A stretch of 64,000 nt of DNA, taken from the NCBI GenBank assembly GCA_001687465.1, contig LVLI01000533.1:1-64000 (forward strand), given 5' to 3'. Under the pieces are notes generated by a model. That model worked only from the letters and a program-made list of their open reading frames with translations. It did no database searches and had not been told where the DNA came from. The stretch comes from Halocafeteria seosinensis. Its lineage: Eukaryota. Position numbers and translations under genes: made by a program. Shown in pieces: positions 21,165-31,021 of the stretch; the first letter of the stretch is position 1; each line of letters opens with the position of its first letter.

Positions 21165-22412
21165 TCAGCTCGTAAACAAATCCGTAATATGGTTTTTGAA
21201 CTGTTCTTGGTTCTTCCGCCCGTACACCTGTAAACGATACAGTTTCTATGCTGTCGTAATCTAAACGCGCAACCCGCAAAAGATGCAATAACGTACTCGC
21301 ACTCTGTATTCCCCTCCATGAATACCTGGAGTATACATTATGAACCAACCGTCGTTGACCTCTTCCATACACTCCACATCATCTAAATAAACTTCGCCTT
21401 TCGCTAGTTTTTTCGAAGCGTCCTTATAATATATTAACTTTTCAGGAGTTAATTGGAACCATCGTCTTTTTCTCGTTGATATAAGAGATTTCCCTCCTCC
21501 AGTTTTCTCGATCCAACCCTCTATCAATACTGTAGAAGGAGGCACTTGTGGCTGAGTCGCCGCCGATGAAAAATTCTCCGGCTCTGTTCGGGTATCTCTC
21601 TCTGTTTCATCCATGCTCCCCCACGATTTCCTTGCACTTTCTCCGTCCCCTTCATCCTCAATTGATCTATTAGAGTTATGAATTACTTTATCTCGTAGCG
21701 TTTCTTTTCTCCGTGATCCTGCCTGATGTCCCTCACCACTATCTTGGTGATCTTTCGAAGCAGCCGCCCATGCGGCTGATGAAAATCCCATCGCTGATTC
21801 CACTCTAGCGGGTGAATCTATGTCTGTACATTCATTATCTGTATCATTTTCCGTATTAATCATCTCTGTCGTCGGAGGTCTTTTCTTTAGATACTCTGCA
21901 CGCTCCTGCCTAGCAGGTCCCGGTCCACCTGATGCCCCTACTGTTTGGTCCACAGGGGGCGATGACGACAGCCCATGGTCTCCACTTTCACCCATAGTAC
22001 TCCCGTTGCTTTTTTCTATCTCTAGTGATGAAATCAGCTCTGGTGCAGGACTCTGCAGCAACTTGGAGGAGCTGGAAGCCGGGGGCGGCTTTTCTTCCAC
22101 CATCGTTTGTTGGGTCTCAGTGCCGCTGTCTATTACACACGTTGAGACGGTCGTTGATTCCACTCCTCCACTGTGAGGGTCCGTTGATGCAGATGACGAT
22201 GGAACATGGTGGGAGCCATTCCCTGCGTGCGCTTTGCGACTAGAACAAGAGTGAGTTTGAAGTGCGGCGCTGGGATCCTGTGGACCGGGCTCCTGCTGCT
22301 GCTGCTGGCTGTCCTCCTCCTCTTCAGAGACCGTCCATGTACTCCCATGTCCCTCGCTTTCGCTGGCTGACACGTCGCTCGCATTCAACAGGACAGTGGG
22401 ATGGTCACTCAT
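21165..22412 (-). CDS. PH-domain protein with long disordered N-terminus; 2 exons
   Basis: IEGWIEKTGG..RKRRWFQLTPEKLIYYK....AKGEVYL. After a GTACGT..TTACAG intron it continues VYGRKNQEQFKNHITDLFTS*. Confidence 0.8.
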
Positions 22413-22980
22413 TTTATTGAAGTGGAATGAATGTATTATGGAAGTATGGTCTATAGGACATCCAGCTCCGACTCGCAGTTTGACTCAACCATGCAGGTAT
22501 TCTAGGGCGCTGCGATTATTCATCGAGCAGCTCTCAACATCTACCACGATGAGGAAAAAGTATCAATAATCTGTGGTACACCAAAACAACTCGTATGAGT
22601 TACAACCAATGTATTGGATTCTGCGAACAACAAGTGTTGTTCTACAACGGTTAAGGAGTCAACCATTGCCACTGTGTCAAACGAGGGCGCAACCACTACA
22701 GTGGAAGAAAGTCAAAATGACTGCTATGACTGCTATGGAAGTTACAATAGCAATGAGTGGAACCGTATTCCTGTATCGAGACTGTAGCCTTAGGAAGCGT
22801 GCATGTGCAATGCATTGGGCATTCTCAGTCGGACTCAGACCACGAACTCGGGCTTCAACCGTTGTACATGTTGTACAGTTCTCACCGAAGTGCAACTTTA
22901 CTAACATGTGAGATATTCCAGCGATCACTTTAAACCTGAAAGGTACTAACTGGACATGTAATCTACGATGCATATCACGT

Positions 22981-24808
22981 CTATTTTATTTCCAGAATGC
23001 AATGTCGCTTTCTTCCAACGCGAAATATGACGTATTGCCCAAACAGCAAGTCCGTTTCTTGAAGGTGGATGCTATCACTGTTACATTTTTCTCCATTCAC
23101 ATATATACCACCTGATTTTAAGAGTCGTTTGCCTTCACTCTTTGATGTTACGAGTTCAGCTTTGATCAGCAGGTCCAGAAGCGACGAGGACAGAGCCGTA
23201 CTCTTTTCAGCTAGCAAACATGGAATTTGGTCGCTTGCTACTGCTCTTTCCATATCCTGTTGTGTTATTCGGCCAATGTTAGATCCAAACAAAATATTAG
23301 TAACCTGCAATGATACTCAATTTAAAAGATCTTTTCACTGTGGAACATAAAGCAACCAGGATGTCACCCACAGTTTTGGCCTCCCTCATGCCTTCAAACC
23401 CGCGAAGAAGATAAACTAGATATTCTGCTAGTACTCGCTGAGCTAGACGACTTTCTGGAGCAGAAAAATGTTCCCTCAGTATAGCACTAATTTCACTGTA
23501 GTCTAAAAACGTGAGGCAAGACAGTAACTTCTCGCAGTCATCATCGGCAACGTTGAGCAAGTACTGATACAGGTCATACTGTAGTAACCACGTAACATAC
23601 CAAGTCCGACAGCGTTGCATAAGGAACAATCACGCATTAGAATATAAGCAGTCGCGTTGTAACATACATTTGTAGTGAGTTTTGGGTCAAGCCATAGAGC
23701 ATTCCCTTCCGATTTACCAAACTTCGCCCCCGAGATCGTCGTAAGCAATGGAACCGTGAAGCCTTGAGGATCAAAAGCTTTTGTGTCTTTAATGGCTGCT
23801 GACGAAAAATCTAACTTTGCACGCTTTATTAAATCAATACCAGCGGTTATATTACCCCACTGGTCGCTTCCTCCAACCTGGAGTACACATCCGTGATTCA
23901 AGAAAAGATGTAGGAAGTCGTATGCCTGAAATAAGGGGTAAGAGAATTCCGTGAAACTCATCCCACTACTGCCTTCAGATAATCTTGAAGCAACCGTGTC
24001 TTTAGCTAGCATAGACGACAGTCTAAAGTATTTACCGATTCTCCCAAAGAATTCCCACAGAGGCATCTTCTCATAAAATGTGGAATTATCTACCACAATA
24101 GGAGAAAGAATCTTTCGTTGTGACTGAATGTCCTCAGAACCCTCGTCCTTACCATTCGTACTTATATATAAACCCTGCGCGCATTCTAAGTCTTCGAGCT
24201 GCAGGCCACCGTGTTGTCTTATTCCTTCAAAGACAAGGTCAACACTGTTGCGGATTCCGACTAAGTTTTCTCTAATTTCCGCGGCACCTAACGCGGTCCG
24301 CTCTGTCGATTTTCCACTAGGATCACCTATTCTGCCAGTCATCCCACCCACCTGTAATGAAGTGCGCACCCTTGTCGATTAAGATGAACGCAAGACGCAA
24401 GATGTGCTCAGTTTGCCGTACCACTATATAGGGCCGGAACCGGGGAATCACTTGATCCCCATGGTCCCCGCCGTCTGCAGGTGTGCACTCCCCATCTTGT
24501 CCCCTGGGAAACGTATTCCTCCCTTGCATAGAACTGTGGGCATCATTACGCATGGACAATCGTGCAAGTGTCATCAGTACTGCCAAATTGCCTAGATGCA
24601 AGCTTGGAGCCGTCGGGTCGAAGCCGGCGTACGCTCCCAGTGTGCGCTCAGTTCCCGGAACAGCATCACTATGTGCAGCTTGTGTACTGTTGTGATCGTC
24701 TGAATACACAGGGGAGCGGTGTATAGCCGTGTCTAAATGAAATGGAAGAGGCCATTTTGTGAAGGAGGCATCCGCCACGAGACCTCGCCTTTGTAGGAAC
24801 CTCAGCAT
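22981..24808 (-). CDS. YARS2: Tyrosyl-tRNA synthetase, bacterial/organellar type; multi-exon
   Basis: YAGFDPTAPSLHLGN (HIGH motif), GGMTGRIGDPSGK, FSYPLFQAYDF, QVGGSDQWGNI, KFGKSEGN (KMSKS motif), and a C-terminal S4 domain SKSEGKRLLKSGGIYVNG. Confidence 0.95.
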
Positions 24809-25068
24809 TTATCCTTTTTCACCTCCGACCCTTAAGCCACATTACATTTCCCATTACCAACTACACATTCATTTTGTACAACCGTGATGGGGCAGCAAAG
24901 GCTATACACCATGTGGATAAGGAACAAAGCAATCTTTTCGTTCACTAAAATCTGGCGTATTTGACCACACTGGCTGGCCGTCGTGGGCACGTCTATCGGG
25001 CAGTATTCGATGTAGAATACTTTTAGTTTTGTAGTTTTTGCATGCGTATAGTCCGGTTGTGCGAAGGA

Positions 25069-25738
25069 ATGGCGTGCGTTCGAGCTGGACTGAAGCACTT
25101 GGGTCTGGCAGTGCGTCACAGGACCCTCTACAGAAAGCCATTAAATGCGATTGCAGAGACATACAGACTCTATTCGGCGACACCCGTAGTAGCTCAGAAG
25201 AAGGGAAAGAAAGGTAAGGAAACCCGTAGCCTCCATGGGTGTAGCTGTCCTATAAGACTTTTGGAATACTTCCACAGGTGGGTCTAGCCAACAGGGCTCG
25301 GAGATACCGGAGGAGAAATTTGATTTATCCAGACAGATACCAGTCAATTTATACAAAGGTAAGTGTGTCTGACTGTCTACCCTATCTCGCCGCGGCGCGG
25401 GAATGAGGCGTAGTTGTTGACTGAACCAAATTTTTTTATGTACCTCCCAGATGGAGAAGAACCAGAATATAAAGCTGATAGTGAATACCCAGCTTGGCTA
25501 TGGAATATAAACGTTAGTGCTGTCGATATCTCTCCATAGGGAGGTACCCTTCTTTCAATATAATTTGGTTTGTTTTTGCCTTTGGATTTTTTTTACTATG
25601 CAGAAGGATAAACGAACAGTAGAAGAGGTGGTCCGAGAAGGCGTGGAACATCTCACACCGCGAGAACAGCGAAACGTGTTTAAACGCCTACGGCGAGACC
25701 AGGTAAAGAAGAGAAATACAGAGAATAAAAAGCGATAA
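25069..25738 (+). CDS. MRPL54: Mitochondrial ribosomal protein mL54 (yeast L37 family); 4 exons
   Basis: Spliced product contains IPVNLYKDGEEPEYKADSEYPAWLW and ends RNVFKRLRRDQVKKRN. Basic presequence-like N-terminus. Confidence 0.8.
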
Positions 25739-25784
25739 TGCTATGTGGTATCGATGTCAGTCAAAGGTGTCTAACCATCAAACA

Positions 25785-25811
25785 AAGCATGATGGACCGT
25801 CCATCATGCTT
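25785..25811. repeat. 27-bp palindrome (13-bp perfect arms, 1-nt spacer)
   Basis: AAGCATGATGGAC-C-GTCCATCATGCTT. Confidence 0.9.
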
Positions 25812-26194
25812 GAACACGCACAATACCGTAGATGTACACTATCTACCAATTGTGTCATTGCTCGATGCAACTCGGCATACGAGTGATTTCAGAACTTATT
25901 CGCCGTTGTCAAGTATCCAGTAAACTGGTTGCCAGTGTATATAAGATGGTAAATCCACAGTTAGCTTTCCCATGCTAAGTTCGAATGACACATCAAAATC
26001 TAGTTGAATAAGTAGGAACAAGCGGCCTTGTAAGAACCTGGGAAACCTAAACACGCGCAGTATTTTTCTCTTTTCATCCAGTGGTCGTCAATTCGGCCAG
26101 CCGGTAGTCTCCCACTCGATGACAGTAGTAACCAGAGCTTGCAGGCTGGTGTTGGATAGAAACACTCGAGGTCAAGCCTCACGTAGCATAACTC

Positions 26195-26227
26195 ACACAC
26201 ACAAATGTGACAGATAGCCCACCGGCC
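26195..26227 (-). mobile_element. 33-nt (GT)n-tailed micro-insertion, copy 1, with a 7-8 bp target-site duplication
   Basis: Minus strand GGCCGGTGGGCTATCTGTCACATTTGTGTGTGT, flanked by direct repeats ATAACTC at 26188-26194 and 26228-26234. Identical to 28473-28505 in inverted orientation. Confidence 0.7.
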
Positions 26228-26626
26228 ATAACTCGTTTCTACTACCAGAAGAATGAAGTAGAGTCGCCATGATTCGGTTTTCGATAGACTTCCTTTTCCT
26301 TCCGGCAAGCCTGACGGGCTAATCGTCAAACACGAACTAGATGATACTCGTTAAACATGCGTTTACAGGTAGTACTTACCACCCCCCCTAGTCACTGACG
26401 AATCTCGTTAGGCGGTTGTGAAGCTCCTCTGCTTCCTCGTTTGCGCGCGCGTTGTCTGCAATTCGTTGATCATGGCTTTAACAATCATAATGTGGTACGA
26501 CTTCTGTGTTTGAGCATGCTGTAAACCTTATATCAGAGTGTATTTGTTACTGTACACGTTGCACAAATTTATTGGATAGTGTTCAGTTGTAGCCAGATAT
26601 TCGCAAGCAAGCGTTTAACGTTGGCG

Positions 26627-27663
26627 ATGGCGAGTGGAGTCCAGGAATTAGTAAGACAGGTTAACGAGTTAAGCAACCGTCTCAGTACACAGTGTGCTGT
26701 ACACTACAAGAAGATGTTGGTCACTATTTTGAACAATCCGCAATCCTCATCTTACAGCGTCACTATGGTGAAAAAGCCGTACGTAACTTTAATATAAAGG
26801 GAGTGGGTGGATTGGTACGCCTACTGTACTTGTGGCAAGGAAAAGTGATTATCTTGCAAGACCACGCCATGTTGTGTTACGTCATGAAGGGTCTGATCTT
26901 GAGAGACAGGATTTGTACGCACGAAGCCTCGTGGATTACGTGCTCGAGCATGGCTTAGATATCCGGTTGTATCTATGGGCATGCTCTGATATTGGATCAA
27001 GCGCGCAAGACGTTGTTAAATCCTACTTCTTAGACCCTCCAGCCAACAAAATATACGATGTCATGGTGGACAAGGTTAAGAAGGGGGAATTGAAAAGGGC
27101 TGAAGTCGATACGAAAGAGCGGCGGTTGTATGCTGACTTGGGTCTGGACGAGCCAAATCCTCAGATCAACGATCCGTGCAAGTATATGAAATATTCGGTA
27201 TTGAAAGGACGCAAGCCAACGCAATTGCTGGGCAGTGAACACTTTCGTCAGAGTAATGACACACGAACCAGGGAACAAAAAGGCACACGATTATTTGCGT
27301 CACGATGATGGGTTCGCACTTCAAGCTATTTGTATGTGTCAAGCCTACTTGGAGGACTTTCACATACCTCCTCATGAACTTGAGGTAGACGTTCGTGGAC
27401 GTATTGAATGGGATGGCACCACTCTTCACGTAGCAATTGGTGAAATTAAGAGTAGTGCAAGCGAACGTGCTTTTAACGAGGCCGTCTTGCAACTTAAGAA
27501 ACGTTTCCGAGTACTTGCAATTGCTGCCAAAGTCATCTTTGGTGACTCCATTCACACACTAGAGGGAACGGGAAAGGTTCATGTACCCGCGAAATGTCCC
27601 ACCCCTTTGCCCTGCGTCAACCCAGAACCGAAGACACTGTGTGAACTCGAGATAGATCACTGA
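26627..27663 (+). pseudogene. PD-(D/E)XK restriction-endonuclease-fold protein broken by three frameshifts
   Basis: Four overlapping ORFs stitch into ~345 codons: coiled coil MASGVQELVRQVNELSNRL, then GHYFEQSA, then ELEVDVRGRI..VAIGEIKSS..AVLQLKKR (E..D..EIK..Q pattern). No plausible introns at the shift points. Confidence 0.6.
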
Positions 27664-27818
27664 GAATATCACCGTTATCGCAGAAAGAATAGATTTATGA
27701 ACTATAATAGCTAAACAATGTGGGTTGTACTATCTTGTTCAACACGATAAGCTATTTTTCGTTGCTTCTATCATCACAGTACGACCGCAGCATATTTCGC
27801 TTCCATTAATGATTGCAA

Positions 27819-28019
27819 CTATTCAGCTCCTTTAGAATACAAATAGCGGTGTCTCTCCTGTTGTTTCTCGAGTTCTTCTTGTGTTGGAGCATGCTCGGAC
27901 AATTTGCGATTCATCTCTTTAAAGATGTTAATCATCTTGTTGAGAGCGTCTCTAATTTCGTCGGTCTCATCCTGTGTAAACTCATATCTTTCAGAAGCCA
28001 CATTGTTGTTGCCCTGCAT
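27819..28019 (-). CDS. Small helical hypothetical protein (may have an upstream exon)
   Basis: 66-aa ORF with protein-like charged helical composition; GTAAGT donor on the minus strand near 28080. No family recognised. Confidence 0.3.
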   Translation of the reverse strand: MQGNNNVASERYEFTQDETDEIRDALNKMINIFKEMNRKLSEHAPTQEELEKQQERHRYLYSKGAE

Positions 28020-28420
28020 CCGTTTAGTCTCTGCTCATAACCCGTGCAAGAGGTAATGTATATCAGTGCTAACTACTTACACATGCACCCAGTGGAGACG
28101 GTGTGTGCTGTTTTGTTGTTTGCGCTTGCATTGTGATCGTGTGAGGAACAACGCTGTGTCTTGGATTTAAGCCAATCCTCAAAAACAAGGAGTACCGGGT
28201 AGTCGACGACGAAGATGTGACTGATGGCCCACCGGCAGCTGGATAGTTGTACACACACACAATAGTTGTTGTGTTCTCCAATCAATGTAGATTCCTTTTG
28301 TCACGCAAACCTGCAAACACTAAAAGAACAATAGAAGCACACCTGTATGCAAGAAAAGGATGTATAAGACAAGCTTGCGTATCTTTGGCAGAGCAGATAC
28401 AATTCTGTCTCCATCTGCAG

Positions 28421-28520
28421 CTCTCTCTCTCTCTCTTTCGACCAGCACACACACACACACACACACACACACGGCCGGTGGGCTATCTGTCACATTTGTG
28501 TGTGTGCACACACACACACA
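28421..28520. repeat. (CT)n and (CA)n microsatellites
   Basis: CT run at 28421-28436; CA runs at 28446-28472 and 28507-28520 interrupted by the micro-insertion. Confidence 0.9.
28473..28505 (+). mobile_element. 33-nt (GT)n-tailed micro-insertion, copy 2, inside a (CA)n tract
   Basis: GGCCGGTGGGCTATCTGTCACATTTGTGTGTGT, identical to copy 1. G(CA)n on both sides is consistent with a TSD blurred by the microsatellite. Confidence 0.7.
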
Positions 28521-29399
28521 GCGGACAGCGGACAAGAGTATCTTGAAGAAACAAGCAAGCTCTTCCTTGCTCTCCAAACAACTAATGTATCATAGTTGAT
28601 TGATCGCTGCTTTATCGATAGGAACAGTCGAGTATACTTTGACGAGTGACGTTACCGGCACCAGCTAGTGGCCGGAAGGGAAAGCGTGGCTTACCTTAAT
28701 GGACACAAGGTAGTGTCCTATGTGCCGGGCATAAAAAATAAAAAAATAAAGTAAATAAAAAATACGTTTCTACAGTGGCAATACTGCATCATAGAGTTGT
28801 AATCCCGGATGGGCTTTGAAGCCTGTGTCTTATCAACGGAAATTCTTTCACCCGAAAGTTCACCAGAGAGGTGACCAGAACGGGGTGGCTCAAATAACCC
28901 AGTGTCGTTGACTGGGTAAATTCGGTGACTTTGGATCATTCGGTTTAATCGCGAGAGAAACAGAGATGCAGATGAGGGAAGAAGTGATATTCATTCGGTG
29001 TGATAGAGGCAGGTAAATGCTACTCCAAACCGGAGAATCGCGTGTCGCTGATGACTAATTGAGGAAGCTCCCACGCTGGGGATAAGCTTGTGGATCCGCC
29101 TTCTCTGGCATATCTTGTTGCTATGCGACACCAATGCTGGTGTAGAGTTCCCGGAGAGGGGAGAGGGAGAAAGAGAGAGAGAAGGGAAAAGGCGCATTCC
29201 ACTCTCCGCTGGCGTCTAACACCCACACCCACGCACACAGAGAGGGAGGAAGACAGACTCAAGGAGTACTCGGATCGCTATAAACTAATTCTCGGTTGGC
29301 AGGTATTTCAATGTTCGGTAGTGTTAGGGGTATCTACTGATACTTATGCCAAACAGTTTGTCACAGCTTCGAGCAGCGCCAGTCAAGAAACCCTAGAGG

Positions 29400-29890
29400 C
29401 TGCAGCGTCTGCTAAGGAAGAAGTTCTCGCCGTTAGCCACAAAAATGAAATAATTGGATCAGTTCCGCGAAGGATAATGGTTAGTAGGAGGAACATCTGA
29501 TTGACAATCGTTTTCTGATTCATTTGCATGTACTGTATATATCCCTGACGCAGCGAAAAGAAAAACCGTTGGCATCGAGCCACCTCTGTGATGATACGAC
29601 GCACCAACGGCAAATTCGTCGTACAAAGGAGGACGCTAAATAAGGTTTAGTGCCCAGGTTGCTTAGACATCCCCACTGGCGGAGTAGTCTCAGTAGGTTG
29701 ATTCCGCCTATAGGTTCGTGGCTCCTTTCCTTGAAAAGCCCGCCCGGAATTTGTCACGGTTTCAACATGACTTTGCAGGGAACTCTCTGAAGAGATGGGA
29801 CTGGAAGGTGTCCCACTTCAGTACTGCTTCCAATTTCCTCACCAAGGCGGCCACTCTCGTGCATGGCTTTACGTCTTCACAGCTACCACC
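29400..29890 (+). pseudogene. Nudix hydrolase (YfcD/IDI-like) pseudogene
   Basis: EEVLAVSHKNEIIGSVPRRIM, intron, RKE(frameshift)RWHRATSVMIRRTNGKFVVQRRTLNKV*CPGCLDIPTGGVVSVG*, intron, ELSEEMGLEGVPLQYCFQF. The Nudix box is recognisable with one frameshift and two stops; 3' end appears truncated. Confidence 0.75.
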
Positions 29891-31021
29891 AAGAACAATA
29901 AAAAGGTTTTAAAGGGGCCCTACGGGGGATGGGAAACCAAGCCTAGCCTGGAAAATCGGGGTTTCGCTCTCCCAGGTAACTAGGTTGCTGGTTCGATCTT
30001 CAGGATCTTCGTTCCTGTCGCTGCTTCACAGCATTCTCCCATCCTTCGTGGACCATCAAATGTCGCCATAGATTGGTCGTGTTGCCATCGCTCTGCACAG
30101 TAAGCGCCTCATTACATGTGCTCCCGCTTCCGTACTGGTATGTGCATCAAACATGGCGGTTTATTCCCTCGGCAGCCCAATGTTTGGTGACCAGTTGCCG
30201 CAATTTCACAAAACATCAACTTCCCATACTCATACATCGCTCTTCGGATATCTCGATAAAGATGCAAATTTTGGAACTCCTTTGAAAGATCGTAAGAAGT
30301 GTATATTTTTGAATTATTTTGTTGCTTTCCCTTCATACGAAGTTTGGGGGTCAGACCCATAGAAACCCCGAACACCACGGAGCTACCGCACAAGTCGAAG
30401 GACGCAGCAACGCCCTTTCAAGCATACGAATACTCTTTGCTCGGCCCGGCAAACTGTCCACCCATGAAGGTAGCCCTAATACCCTACATATATGGTTATC
30501 CCACCAGCACCAGATCCGATTGCTTAACTTGTGGACAGTTTTCGGGGAGACGAAGTACCAATGATTGGCGACCAGGAATGATCGGCGTCATTCCTTTAAC
30601 AACCTGTCGTTTAATCGTTGTAGTCTGATTCTTATAGTAGCGGTACTGGCACTCCAGCGATCGCCACAAAACCACTGCCTTCACAGTCTGTACTAATATA
30701 CCGGAATCCAGTCCACTGATCCCATTGGACCGCTCTTTCACTGTATAAATATTTCCAGCATAGAATTCCTCGTCCCGGTCCATTTATCCACTACCACTCC
30801 AATGACCATTACTATCACTGTTGTACCACGGCGTTGGAACTGTTGGGTGTGGCCACAGTGTGTGGCTGTCTGGCTGACGGGCTCATCTTCACAAGTGGTG
30901 CCCATTCACTACAAGCGGCATTTAAACCGTGTCGAGTAGAAATGACACTAGTGATACACGTCGCTGTTGGTAGAATGAGACAAGATTGGATTGTGGGGCT
31001 ATACGCAAACCTTAAACTACA

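Noticed and set aside
22573..22973. Short ORFs between the PH gene and TyrRS
   Set aside because: No family motifs or clear splice structure; likely UTR or promoter sequence.
26680..27240. Tiny introns explaining the nuclease ORF frameshifts
   Set aside because: Candidate GT..AG spans at the shift points are far shorter than the roughly 50-200 nt introns elsewhere in the window.
28600..28730. Hammerhead or HDV-like ribozyme
   Set aside because: Core reads TTGACGA rather than CTGANGA with weak stems; the HDV L3 and J1/4 consensus is not met.
29925..30010. tRNA gene suggested by GGTTCGAT
   Set aside because: No cloverleaf, acceptor stem or A box could be built.
30060..30783. Minus-strand ORF fragments as a reverse transcriptase or transposase
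   Set aside because: No YxDD, DDE or other recognisable motif; may be decayed coding DNA but cannot be assigned.
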